From NCBI GenBank assembly GCA_030390025.1, contig CM059433.1:28212001-28276000 (forward strand): a stretch of DNA of 64,000 bases, given 5' to 3'. Position 1 is the first letter of the stretch; every line of letters starts with the position of its first letter. Positions 1 through 12,201 of the stretch are shown here, in pieces. The position numbers were made by a program, and so were the translations under genes. The notes under the pieces were generated by a model. The model was not told the DNA's origin and did not search any database. It saw only the letters and a program-made list of their open reading frames with translations. Source of the stretch: Squalus acanthias (lineage: Eukaryota).

Positions 1-1561
1 TTTCTCAAGAGTTTTATTAAGGATATAGATTGTTTGAAATATTGCAGTGTCCTTGACTTTTTTTGAATGAGGCAGAGAGTTTTGAGGTTTTGTGGAATCT
101 AGGTAAAATTTGCTGTCCTTCTGGGTCATGCATCTCCGATGGCTTTGCACAGAAGGTCAAGTTCTGGTTTGTAGAGGGGCAAAGCCTTGTCTATAGAAGT
201 GGTGTTTTGAATGGGGCACGAGATGAAAATATAGAGTGTGTAAATCATAACATCACCCTGCAGCCTTGAATAGTTGTGCAATCATTGGCACATTTTATAC
301 GGACAGTAGTTTTTGATTTGAGCATCAATGTAAATAGAAGAAATGCAGTGTGTGTGGTGTGATTTCTGTGTGGTTGAGATGATGGAAATTTCATTTGTGG
401 AATGCAGCTGATCATGGCTGGATAGTGTGGATTGTAATATTAGATTGATATCCTGGAATTTCACTGGGCTGGACTATATTCAGGCTCGGATTTCACGGAC
501 TTCCATCCTGGAAGTTTAACCTACAGTTACCCCTTAGGAGGTTAAATAAATTTAGCAGATTCCACAACAATGCAATTTGTGTGTGTCTAATGGATGGAGA
601 TTGGCTTGATGAGCCAAATGGGTCTTTTGCACCCTATACGTTGTATTCTGATAAGATCCTGGCCAATGGGGGTCCTATTGTAATATATTCGGAATGCTTA
701 GCCTGCCATGAAGGGGAGGTTGCTGACGGCTGGCAGATGACCATGTCTCAGTTCCATTCCCGCCCATTGGTAGACTGTTGATTTGTGGGTTCCTTTCATT
801 GTGATCTGTATCTGGGGGAGATCTGGTGTAGAACAGGCAGTTTGGTAAGCATAATCCTCTTTTGTGTGAGGAACTGAAAGAGCAAACCTTAAATGTGTTA
901 CAGATGGATAAGCACATTAGTACACCCACCCATTTTACTATTGCGTAACCTGACAGTTTAAGGTATTTGAGTTCATGATCAGCTCCCCGTCATGAGGTCG
1001 AGTAATCAAGACTGATCATTCAATATTTCTTTACAAAAATGCTTGATTGGCCAGACCAATCAGCATCACTAAAACAGATTATCTGGTCATTGATCTCATT
1101 GCTGGTTTTTGGACCTTGCTGTGCGCAAGTTGGCTGCCGCATTTTCCCACATTCCAACAGTGACTATACTTCAAAAATATTTCATTGGCTGTGAAACACT
1201 TTGGGACGTCCTGAGGTTGTGAAAGGCGCTATTTAAATGCAAGTTTGTTCATTCTCCTTTCTTTAAATTGGTGCTCATTAATCATTCTTCTGAGCACATG
1301 TTCTTGGGACAATTGAAAGGGCTACATCTCGTAAAGTGACCATGAGGCCCTTTCACAACAAGTATGGAGGCAGTAACAGCCTAGAATTTGAGTAGGATTA
1401 TATTGCTCTTACTTGGAGCAGTGCTGTATCCCAGCAGCATGAGCTTGAACATGCAGGTAGATATTGGTATTGTGCACAAAGGAATCAAGAGCACAGTGAA
1501 ACTAATGAAACAGACAGGACAGGTAAAACTGTCCTTTTCAGGGACGTGTCCCCCACACTGC

Positions 1562-2110
1562 ATAGAATTTGCAGCACAGAAACAGGCCATTTGGCCCAGC
1601 TGGTCTATGCCAATGTTTATGCTCCACACGAGCCTCCTCCCACCCTTCTTCATCTCACCCTATCAGCATATCCTTCTATTCCTTTTGCCTTCCTGTGTTT
1701 ATCTAGCTTCCCCATAAATGCATCAATGCTATTTGCCTCAACTACTCCATGTTCTACATTCTCGCCACTTTCTGGGTAAAGAAGTTTCTCCTGAATTCCC
1801 TATTGGATTTATTGGTAACTACCTTATATTAATGATCCCTAGTTTTTGTCTACCCCACAAGTGGAAACATCTTCTCTGCGTCTACCCTATCAAACCCTTT
1901 CATAATTTTAAAGACCTCTATCAGGTCACCCCCTCAGCCTTCTCTTTTCAAGAGAAAAGAGCCCCAGCTTGTTGAGTCTTTCCTGATCGTTATAACCTCT
2001 CAGTTCTGGTATTATTCTTGTAAATCTTTTTCGCACTTTCCCCAGTGCCTCTATACACTTTTTATAATATGGAGACCAGAACTGTCCACAAAGTGTGGTC
2101 TAACCAAGGT
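1562..2110 (-). mobile_element. CR1 LINE 3' fragment
   Basis: CR1 RT C-terminal and 3' tail sequence; related copy at about 50720-51150. Confidence 0.75.
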
Positions 2111-2245
2111 GTACGTATCTACCACACGTTTTCAAGCCAGGAGGCTCAATGTCATGAGTTTGCATAAGGTTTGCTTCTGTGTTATATTAAATTAAAATGA
2201 GAAGTCGCACAACACCAGGTTATAGTCCAACAGATTTATTTAATT

Positions 2246-2283
2246 TTACAAGCTTTCGGAGCTGTCGCTCCTTCCTCAGGTAA
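2246..2283 (-). ncRNA. Minimal hammerhead ribozyme motif (mirror copy of 3626-3663)
   Basis: Exact reverse complement of 3626-3663 within the inverted repeat. Confidence 0.8.
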
Positions 2284-2517
2284 GTTAGCAGTGAGAGAAT
2301 CTCCCAGAATTCACAATTTAAACACAGACAAAATCTATTCAAATATTTCCCTACATCAAAGACACACTAAGAGCACAGCCAAGACAATGAGATGTGTCCC
2401 AGGGGGTCCAACGTGTCAAACCACCTGCTGGCTGCATATCCTGTCAATTTGTGTTGGTTTCTTGTGTTAGTCTTTTAAAAAAAAAAACACCTGGGAAAAC
2501 TACGCCATGATGTCAAG

Positions 2518-3466
2518 TCACGTTCTGTATCGTGACATGAACCCGATATCGCGATTGAGGCCATCCTCATGAGTGCGGAACTTGGCTATCAGTTTCTGCT
2601 CTATGATTTTGCGCTGTCGTGTATCCCGAAGGCCGCCTTGGAGGACGCTTACCCGCAGATCCGAGGCTGAATGCCCCTGGCTGCTGAAGTGTTCCCCGAC
2701 TGGGAGGCAACCCTCCTGCCTGGCGATTGTTGCGCGGTGTCCGTTCATACGTTGTCTCAGTGTCTGCATGGTCTCGCCGATGTACCATGCTCTGGAGCAT
2801 CCTTTACTGCAACGTATCAGGTAGACAACGTTGGCCGAGTCACATGAGTATGTACCGTGTACCTGGTGGGTAGTGTCCTCACGTGTGATGATGGTATCTG
2901 TGTCCATGATTTGGCATGTCTTGCAGAGGTTGCCGTGGCAGGGTTGTGTGGTGTCTTGGTTGCTGTTCTCCTGAAAGATGGGTAACCTGCTGCGAACGAT
3001 GGTACTTTTGAGGTTAGGCGGCTGCTTGAAGGCGAGTAGTGGAGGCGTGGGGATGGCCTTAGCAAGGTGTTCGTCGTCATCGATGACATGTTGAAGGCTG
3101 CGAAGAACATGGCGTAGTTTTTCCGCTCCGGGGAAGTACTGGACGACGTAGGGTACTCTGTTGGTTGTGTCCCGTGTTCGTCTTCTGAGGACGTCTATGC
3201 GGTTTTTCGCTGTGGCCCGTCGGAACTGTCGATCGACGAGTCGAGCGTCATATCCCGTTCTTACGAGGGCGTCTTTCAGTGTCCGTAGGTGTCCATCGCG
3301 TTCCTCCTCGTCTGAGCAGATCCTGTGTATTCGCAGGGCTTGTCCATAGAGGATGGCTTCTTTAACGTGGTTAGGGTGGAAGCTGGAGAAGTGGAGCATC
3401 GTGAGGTTGTCCGTGGGCTTGCGGTAGAGTGAAGTGCTGAGGCGTCCGTCTTTGATGGAGATTCGT
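2518..3466 (-). pseudogene. Penelope RT-thumb + GIY-YIG endonuclease ORF fragment (uninterrupted but 5'-truncated)
   Basis: Part of ORF 2518-3618; the first ~50 aa of that ORF are read from the inverted pLTR and are not real protein. Confidence 0.88.
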
Positions 3467-3625
3467 ATTTGATGGAGCCAGCAGGTGGTTTGACACGTTG
3501 GACCCCCTGGGACACATCTCATTGTCTTGGCTGTGCTCTTAGTGTGTCTTTGATGTAGGGAAATATTTGAATAGATTTTGTCTGTGTTTAAATTGTGAAT
3601 TCTGGGAGATTCTCTCACTGCTAAC

Positions 3626-3663
3626 TTACCTGAGGAAGGAGCGACAGCTCCGAAAGCTTGTAA
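3626..3663 (+). ncRNA. Minimal type I hammerhead ribozyme motif (Penelope pLTR)
   Basis: TTAC-CTGAGGA-A-GGAGC-GACA-GCTCC-GAAA-GC-TT-GTAA: stem I TTAC/GTAA, CUGANGA and GAAA cores, stem II hairpin, palindromic AGCU stem III. Confidence 0.8.
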
Positions 3664-4599
3664 AATTAAATAAATCTGTTGGACTATAACCTGGTGTTGT
3701 GCGACTTCTCATTTTTGTCCACCCCAGTCCAACGCCGGCATGGCTGAAAGTACCAGGTATCATTGAGAACGCTGCATTCTTCCAACTCTGGCCTCTTGTG
3801 TATCCCTGAATTCCTTTGCTCCTTCATTGGTGGCCGTCTCTTAAGTTGTCTAAACCATAAACTCTGGAATTCCCTCACTCAACACCTCCAATGCTCCTTA
3901 AAACTTACCTCTGACCAAGCTTATGTTCACCTGTCCTAATATCTCCTCCTTTGGCTCAGTGTCCAAAAAAAAATGTTTTTCTTCAATAACGCTTGGGATG
4001 TTTTTCTATGTTAAAGGCGCTATATAACTGCACGTTTTTGTTGACTCCTGCTGGATGTGGGTGGATGTTGGGTGAGCATTGGAGCTGGGCATATGTGAAG
4101 CATAACTACTTGGATGAGGTACTTGGAAGATAGCTAGCATCCATGGAACGGTGTTGCTGCAATATTCGGTGTCTTCAGGAGAGGAGGGAAAAAGATTGGG
4201 GAGTAGCAAAAATACTAAACACAAGGAAATCCTGTACATTTGGTCCTGTATTTGGATCCCACCTTCTGACAACATCCCGGACCATAATCCTTTGGTAAAC
4301 ACATCTGCTGCAATTTATTCTTCAGTGGAAAATTATGCTCGAAGGATGAGGAAAATTTCCAAGCTCTTATTTAGTTCAGATTGGAAACAATTTATATGGC
4401 AAGCTCACAAAAATTAATTTTATTCTGGTTCTTCTGATCAAGTTGACAGTTTTATATTTTCTTTCGCTCTTAATTTCTTGATTTATTTGGCTTCCCCCCC
4501 CCCTGCTCGCTCTTCTCCTCCTCCTCCACCCCCCTTCGCTCTCCTCTCTCCTCTCCCCCGCCCCTCCCTCTCTCACTTCCCAATGTGTTTGTCAAACAG

Positions 4600-4747
4600 G
4601 GCCAAAACCTGGGATTGTCAGTTTTGGGCGTGGAGCAGGTAGAAGGCGCACGGATGCAACAGTGACTCCTGATCCCATTGACTGCCCAATAATGAACTGT
4701 AACAGGAAGTTTGACAATCGACATCTGCTTTTAGGACACTTAAAAAG
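4600..4747 (+). CDS. ZNF451: ZNF451 internal coding exon (first visible; PKPGIVSFG...CPIMNCNRKFDNRHLLLGHLKR)
   Basis: CAG acceptor at 4597-4599 and GT donor at 4748. Translation resembles human ZNF451 CPIMHCNKEFDNGHLLLGHLKR (recalled). Ends in phase 2, matching the next exon. Confidence 0.9.
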
Positions 4748-5004
4748 GTACCTGCTTTCTTTGAAACTTGATAGTGAAAGTAATGTCAGTTTATGGCTGT
4801 GTAAGACTGTTTTAAAAAATCTAAATACTGCAGAATAGCAACTAACCAGCTGGATAAATACTGAGAAAATTAATTTCTTGCCAACTTGATCTGTCTAAAT
4901 TTGTCCTAATGGTACTGAATTGACCGCCTCATTCAGGGACACCTGTGTATGACTTCATTGGCCTATTGTGGTTGAGCTTCACCATTTTCCCCTCCGCTCT
5001 CCGT

Positions 5005-5335
5005 TTAGTTCTGGGCACCTCAGGAAGGCTATATTGGCCTTGGAGCGGTTGCAACGCAGATTCACCAGAATGATACCGGGGCCAAAAGGGTTAAATTATG
5101 AGGACAGGTTGCGCAGACTAGGCTTTTAGTCCCTAGAGTATAGAAGATTAAGGGGTGATCTAATTGAGGTGTTTAAGTTGATTAAAGGTGTTTCTACGGT
5201 AGATAGAGGACAAGTCCAGAACAAGGGATATGGGCCAAAGGTGGGTATGTGGAATTAGGTTACAGATCAGCCATGAGCTCATTGAATGATGGAACAGGCT
5301 CGAGGGGCTGAATGGCCTACTCCTGTTCCTATGTT
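5005..5335 (+). mobile_element. CR1 LINE 3' fragment (internally deleted)
   Basis: LERLQRRFTRMIPG-like coding remnant and GGCTCGAGGGGCTGAATGGCCTACTCCTGTTCCTATG tail. Confidence 0.75.
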
Positions 5336-6139
5336 CCTCACAGAAGGAGCACAGGGAATATTTGATAAGTTAACAGGTAACACCCTGAGCTCTATTTTAA
5401 CTCCCGGACGGGAATGTGGATGGGCGATGGTGAGGACTGGACCTGGGGGGTCAGCCGTGATGCTTCAAGTGGATTGTGATTGACGTTCCAATCGGGGAAA
5501 ATTAGGCCTGTTTTGGAGCAAATATGCGGCAACAAGAGCCGGAAAAGTTGGGAGTGGGGATTGCAAAAGAAGGCTTGGTGCTACTTGCACTGTCAGCAAC
5601 TTTGGTGTTTTATGAAGCCTTGAATCTGTCCATTCATGAAATAGCGTAGCCCTCTATGGCAGGCAGGCAGAGAAAATCCGTCTGAGTACTGGGCTCGGTA
5701 TAGTCCTGGGCTTGGCAGACCTCGAGCCTTGTTGACTATGGGCTTCTTGCTGGAAGAGTGATCTTTAACAATGTTGGAGTGGTGTGGGTGGGCAGTCTTC
5801 ACAGCTCTACAAGACTGGCTGCAGATTACGCAGCCACTTCAAAGGAGGTTTACACATTTTATAGATTTTACAGAATGTTACAGGTACTCTGATGAGGGAC
5901 CTGTGTAATTTTTATGCTTCATGTGATGATCACATGAGCTAACAGATGGAACAGGATCATCCTTATAATCCGATTCTCTGCAACTTTTTTGTTGGATGCT
6001 GTACTCTGACCTTTGCTACTAGTCTATCTTACAGGAAGTCCAGACCAGTTGGGCTGACTTATCTGATTCTGTGCTGTACATTCTGTGATCTATGTAATCA
6101 TGCACTGTGGTAACTTCTTAAATGTATGTTTTTTAAAAG

Positions 6140-6266
6140 GTTTGACCATTCGCCCTGTGATCCCACGATTACACTTCATGGGTCTCCATCCACTTCGTAT
6201 GTTTGTGTTGCGTGCTGCCAACGATTTATAAACCTGCAGAAATATGAAGGTCATTTGGCATTAAAG
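6140..6266 (+). CDS. ZNF451: ZNF451 coding exon (FDHSPCDPTITLHG...CVACC...HLALK)
   Basis: AAG acceptor and GT donor; FDHSPCDPTITLHG motif matches ZNF451; frame continuous. Confidence 0.93.
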
Positions 6267-6474
6267 GTACATGTGACAAAAGCTTGCATGATGAATAAGA
6301 TTCATAGTTAATACACCTATAATTATTTTTTCCCTTTTTTAAGTTAACCATGGTAGCCATTGCTCATTTACATGCTTCAGTATATAAGTTTCTACATTTT
6401 TGATGGATTCTCCCAAGTAGCTAACTTTTTTGTTTTGTTAATCTTTCGCCCCCTCCCATCGTGTCTGTCAGCCG

Positions 6475-7820
6475 AAAAAGAACCATCAAGCCTAATCTCA
6501 CTTTCCAGCTCTTGGTCCGTAGCCTTGTAGGTTACGGCACTTCAAGTGCATATCCAAGTACTTTTTAAATGTGGTGAGGGTTTCTGCCTCTACCACCCTT
6601 TCAGGCAGTGAGTTCCAGACCCCCACCACCCTCTGGGTGAAAAAAGTTCTCCTCAACTCCCCTCTAATCCTTTTACCAATTACTTTAAATCTATGCCCCC
6701 TGGTTATTGACCTCTGCTAAGGGAAATGGGTCCTTTCTATCTAGGTGCCTCATATAATTTTATACACCTCTTACAAGTCTCTCCCTCGGCCTCCTTTGTT
6801 CCAAAGAAAACAACCCCAGACTATCCAATCTTTTCTCCATAGCTAAAATTCCCCAGCCCAGGCAACGTCCTTGTACATCTCCTCTTTACCCTCTCTAGTG
6901 CAATCACATCCTTCTTGTAATGTGGTGACCAGAACTGTACACAGTACTCTAGATGTGCCCTAACTAGTGTTTTATACAGTTCAAGCATAACCTCCCAGCT
7001 CTTGTATTCTATGCCTTGGCTAATAAAGGAAAGTATCCCGTATGCCGCCTTAACCACCTTATCTACCTGTTGGGATCTGTGGAAATGCACTCTAAGGTCC
7101 CTCTGTTCCTCTACACTTCTCAGTATCCTACCATTTATTGTGTATTCCCTTGCCTTGTTAGCCCTCCCCAAAAGCATTACCTCACACGTCTCCAGATTGA
7201 ATTCCATTTGCCACTTTTCTGCCCACCTGACCAGTCCATTGATATCTTCCTGCAGTCTACAGCTTTCTTCCTCACTATTAACCACACGGCCACTTTTTGT
7301 ATCATCTGCAAACTTCTTAATCATGCCCTCTACATTGAAGTCTAAGTCTTCGATATATACCACAAAAAGCAAGGGACCTAGTACGGAGCCCTAATACTGG
7401 AAATAGCCTTCGAGTCACAAAAACACCCGTCTACCATTACCCTTTGCTTCCTGCTAGTGAGCCAATTTTGGATCCAACTTGCCACTTTCCCTTGGATCCC
7501 ATGGGCTTTTACTTTTCTGACCAGTCTACCATGTGGGACCTTGTCAAAAACTTTGCTAAAATCCATGTCGACTACATCAAACGTGCTACCCTCATCAACC
7601 CTCCTTGTTACCTCCTCAAAAAATTCAATCAAGTTAGTCAGACAAGATCTTCCTTTAACAAATCCATGCTGACTGTCCTTGATTAATCCATGCCTTTCTA
7701 AATGACGTTTAATACTGTCCCTCAGAATTTATTCCAGTAATTTGCCCACCACCGAGGTTACCCTCACTTGCTTGTAATTACTCGGTTTCTCCTTTCTCCC
7801 TTTTTAAACAATGGTACAAA
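6475..7820 (-). mobile_element. CR1 LINE ORF2 (reverse transcriptase) fragment, degenerate
   Basis: ORFs 6821-7372 and 7378-7632 contain DFSKVFDKVPH, KFADDTK and LEYCVQFWSP. Confidence 0.92.
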
Positions 7821-8818
7821 GTGTCCTTCAAACTAACCTCAACAGGTTTGGTTTGAATTGGATGATTATGCAATTCAGATGATTACAGGTAAGTATAGCT
7901 TCAGGATTTTTTTCTTTGCTTCTTCAATAAGCTGAAGCTTTTTTGAAAATAAAAAACACACCACTGCTCCTCCCTGGAATCAGTTAGTGATGCCACCCAC
8001 AAACTAAGGCACTCAGTGAAGCACACTCAGTATCTCGCTGCTACAATGTATCTAAACTATTCAGAATGCTATGACTGTAACTTGGTAACCAGTGAAATAT
8101 TTTGAGTTATGTGGTACCTATATCACAGTTCTCGAATCAAAATGTTTCTCTTCAAAGGGTACAATTGGCTACTTTGGAGATCATTGACTGTTGGGTAAGC
8201 AAGCTTGACAGCCACTTTGTGCACAGCAAGATCCCAGAGATGAATGTCCAATAAAAAGTTAGAATTACTACTGGAGACTCGATCTCCACTTGCAAGGCGA
8301 TGTTCGGGCGTTGGGTCGTTTACTGGAAGAGTCTGTGTATCTGCAGGTGAAGACGTCCCATTAATGTGCAACCAGCCTGGGGCAGCTTTGTTGGCGGTTT
8401 TATGATGGGGCAGAAACTGTTTTCACAGGCTGCAGGGTCGGTAATCAGAGGACACAGATTTAAGATAATCGGCAAAAGAACCAGAGGGGAGCTGAAATTT
8501 TTTATTTAGCGCAGCGAGATGTTATGATCTGTAATGCTCAGCCTGAAAGGGTGGTGGAAGTAAGTTCAGTAGTAATTTTCAAAAGGGAATTGGATTAAAT
8601 ACTTGAAGGGGAAAAAATTTGCAGGGCTTTGGGGAAAGAGCAGTGGGAGTGGGGTAATTGGATAGTTCGTCCATAGAGCCGACACAGGCACGATGGGCTG
8701 AATGGCCTCCTGTATGCTGTATGATTCTGTGACTTGCTGTCAACTGCCAGTTAATGAAGACCATGTCGTTTTAATAGAAGCATACATTTATTAAAAGATT
8801 GCCCTTTTTATTTTGTAG

Positions 8819-8978
8819 GTTGATTCTTTGGACCCTGAAGGCCATCGGCCTGACCTTGAGCCACAGATCACTCAGTGCTTCGCTTGCCCGAGCTGTTACC
8901 TGCTCTTTAACTTGAGGGATGAATGCCTGCAGCATATGGCCAAGACAAACCACTTCCTTCAAAGGCACAAATTGAGTG
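8819..8978 (+). CDS. ZNF451: ZNF451 coding exon (PQITQCFACPSCYLLFNLRDECLQHMAKTNHF)
   Basis: TAG acceptor and GTAGGT donor; zinc-finger-like CxxC...H...H similar to ZNF451 QCFACPNCFLLF. Confidence 0.92.
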
Positions 8979-9242
8979 GTAGGTTTTAGGGGCAGGTGCA
9001 AAATAAAAAGTTTGTGCGTGGAGTTTTCACCACTGAATGTAAGACTGGAAACAACTTTTTAAAACGCAGTACTTAAAACAGATGCAGCTCTAAGCAAGGA
9101 GTGCACTTTCGTTGGTCCAATAAATCATTGATGTCGTATATCAAAATTGTTAAAGTAGCCCAGTGCTGTGGAACCATACCCCACAGGGAGTCGTGGTCAG
9201 AAGATAGAAGCTATATATATATATATTTTTTTATAATGTGTT

Positions 9243-9735
9243 AGAATCATAGAATCTTACGGCACAGAAGGAGGCCATTTGGCTCATCGTATCTGTGCCG
9301 GCTCTTTGAAAGAGCTCTCCAATTAGTCCCACTCCCCCCTACTCTTTCCCCATAACCCTGCAAATTTCTCCTTTTTAAATATATAACCAATTCCCTTCTG
9401 AAAGTTACTATTGAATCTGCTTCCACCACTCTTTCAGATAGTGCATTCCAGATCATCATAACTCGCTGAGTAAAAACAAAATTCTCTATCTTTTTTCCCC
9501 TCTTTCTCTCCTCCCCCCCCCCCCGGTTTCTTTTGCGAAATATCTTAAATCTGTGTCCTCTGATTATTGACCCTTCTGCCAGTGGAATCGGTTTCTCTCT
9601 ATCAAAACCCTTCATGGTTTTGAACCTCTATTAAATCTCCCCTTAACCTTCTCTGCTCTAAGGAGAACAATCCCAGCTTCTCCAGTCTCCACACAACTGA
9701 AGTCCTTCATCCCTGGTACCATTCTGGTAAATCCA
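9243..9735 (-). mobile_element. CR1 LINE 3' fragment
   Basis: FTQRVMMIWNAL motif and ATTCTA-type tail. Confidence 0.85.
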
Positions 9736-10589
9736 GAACATGTTGTTCTCTGTACACCCGAATTGTTTGCTTTAGTAAAAGCATTAAACTCATCTGCTTG
9801 TATTTTTTTAAAACTTCGCACTCTTGTTCATTTGTGACAAAGATCCGTTGCACGTGTGAACTCTCTACCCTGAGACTTCATTGGTACCTGTGCGGGCTTC
9901 TGACAAACCGCATTTCCATCATTTTGTGTATCGTCATCAAAACAAATGGGTCTGATCTGAATAAAAGCAAAAATTCCAAGTTATGAAAGGGCAGGTCATA
10001 TTGCAATTCTTTGGGGATCTAACATAATCTGTCAGTGACTGGTGATGCAGATTTTTCCGGTAGCAGTTTTTAGTTGAGGGTTAAGCGGCTTGCGATAATG
10101 AATTAGTTATACAATAGACAACACGTGAAAGCGATTGTTGATTACCAATCACTGGTAATCAGCAATCACTGGTAACCAGTGGAGTATTCTAGGCATTGAA
10201 TGAGCAGAAATAATCCCCCACCCCAAGCAATCTTCAAGGTTCACACGGGCACCCCTGAACCAAAACTGAACAGCCCCACTTCCCTCTGCTCCATTTAGAA
10301 AATCACCATCTTCAAATTGTCCTGGTCCCTTCTAAACTTACCCATGCGCCCCAACCCACCTGCCCTAGACACACAACAGCATCTCTACTAACCTGGTCTG
10401 CCAAGACCCAGATGAGGTAGCTTGCGCCTGATGCGATCTACAGAGGGAAACGGGTCCCGCTGCCTCCTCCAAATGCAAAACTCTGACCACAGTACCAGCA
10501 GGAATAGCCCCATTAACAAGCTACTGAGTTTTAGTATGATTTGTGACTCTTGACCTTTTTCACAATGACAAAGCCATGATTTTTCCTAA

Positions 10590-11040
10590 AGAAAGAACCT
10601 GCATTTGTATAATACCTTTCATGATATCGGGACGTCCCAAAGTGCTTTACAGCCAATGAAGTACTTTTGAACTGTAGTCAGTGTCGAAATGTAGGAAACG
10701 CAGCAGCCAATTTGTGTGCAGCCAATTTGCGCACAGCAAGCTCCCACAAACAGCAATAAGATAATGACCAGATAATCTGTGTTCGTGATGTTGGTTGAGG
10801 GATGAATATTGGTTGGGACAGAGGAGAACTCCCCTGCTCTTCTTGAAAATAGTGCCATGGGATGTATTGCATCCACCTGCGAGGCAGATAGGGCCTCGGT
10901 TTAAAGGCTCATCCAAAAGACGGCACCTCAGTACTGCAATGGGGTGTTAGCCTAGATTTTGTGCTCCAGTCTCTGGAGTGGGACTTGAACCCACAACCTT
11001 CTGACTCCGAGGCGAGAGTGTTACCACTGACCCACGGTTG
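10590..11040 (-). mobile_element. tRNA-head Deu-type SINE (SacSINE1-like)
   Basis: tRNA-like head with B-box (GGGTTCAAGTCCC on the minus strand), conserved core and L2-like tail; multi-copy in the window. Confidence 0.75.
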
Positions 11041-11174
11041 CCACAAAGCTTGCCTCGGCATTGCCCTAGGTGCAACATATAGGACAACATAATTTGTAGT
11101 GGATTGAAAGGTAGTTGGGAGTTGAGAAGAGCTGAACATGATCCTTTCTGTACCTAGTGTCACCAAATAAAGAA

Positions 11175-11483
11175 TCCCACCTCCCAAACCCGTGACCTCT
11201 GCCACCTAGAAGGACAATGGCAGCAGGTGCATGGGAACACCATCACCTCCAAGTCACTCACCATCCTGACTTGGAAATATATCGGCCATTCCTTCATCGT
11301 CGCTGGGTCAAAATCCTGGAATTCCCTACCTAACAGCACTGTGGGAGTACCTTCACCACATGGACTGCAGCGGCTGAAGAAGCTGGTCCACCATCACCTT
11401 CTCGAGGGCAACTAGAGATGGGCAATAAATGCCGGCCTTGGCAACGGCACCCACATCCTGAGAATGACATTAAAAAAAAAAAA
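11175..11483 (+). mobile_element. LINE 3' end (same family as 13975-14485 and 52183-54222)
   Basis: Shared sequence TCCTTCATCGTCGCTGGGTCAAAATCCTGGAA... ending in poly-A. Confidence 0.75.
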
Positions 11484-12053
11484 TCAGGTATTGCCAGACA
11501 GCCCTCGAGAGTGAAACCTTCCCTCACCTGGGAATGCTGGTCCAATCTAGGTATTTCTTCCTCCACCTCCCAAGAAATGTCAAGCCGGTTAAGATTGGCT
11601 CACCCTGCACAGTAAGGGTTGAGCCTCGAACCTTCTGCATCCGTGTGGTTCTGCATATCATAAAATGGGGCGTTCTACTGGCATTTAGTAACACGGGTGA
11701 ATCTGAAATTAAAACAGAAAATGCTGGATACACTCGGCAGGTCAGACATCATCTGTGGTGAGAGAAACAGAGTTAATATTTTAGGTCAATGACCTTTCAT
11801 TAAAACTTAAAAGATGAAAGTTTTAGCTGGGAGTCTGTTGCGGAGCTAACTACTTCCTATTGGCTTCAATTCAACATTAAGCTTTTTTTTTTCCAGCCCT
11901 ATTAACTATTTATAAACTCTCCAGGGTTTTCAGATACTTTACATTCATTCATTTAAAGCCAAATTAAACTTTGTAACTCTCTCAAATTTCTTGTTTGAAG
12001 ACTAATCCAATTTTTCCCTTTTGTCTTTCCCCCGGTATCTCTCTCTCTTCTAG

Positions 12054-12201
12054 GTGAGCAGGGAACACGCTGCCCTCTTCCATTTCCTAACTATGCAAAG
12101 AAGTTGTTGATCTCGCTATGCCAGGAAGTTCCTTTCCAGGTTAAATGTACAGCTTGCCAACAGATGCTACGCACCCATGTCGAATTGACAGCACATTTCA
12201 G
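12054..12201 (+). CDS. ZNF451: ZNF451 coding exon (FPNYAKKLLISLCQEVPFQVKCTACQQMLRTHVELTAHFR)
   Basis: Polypyrimidine tract plus TAG acceptor, GTGCGT donor; strong similarity to ZNF451 AKKLLISLCKDVPFQVKC. Confidence 0.93.

Larger units (their letters stand above)
2194..3745 (-). mobile_element. 5'-truncated Penelope-like retroelement with inverted pLTR copy
   Basis: Minus-strand ORF (about 3466-2518) encodes an RT C-terminus (TSLYRKPT) and a GIY-YIG endonuclease (VVYLIRC...YIGET). Perfect inverted repeat 2194-2433 / 3476-3715 plus a short tail extension. Confidence 0.93.

Noticed and set aside
1..470. Short ORFs at the start of the window
   Set aside because: There are stops in all frames and no recognisable motif. 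It may be decayed TE sequence but cannot be assigned.
3467..3618. N-terminal 50 aa of the 366-aa Penelope ORF
   Set aside because: It is read from the inverted pLTR copy and is only fortuitously in frame.
5918..5940. TCATGTGATGATCACATGA palindrome with a box C-like TGATGA (snoRNA?)
   Set aside because: No convincing box D or terminal stem; short palindromes are expected by chance.
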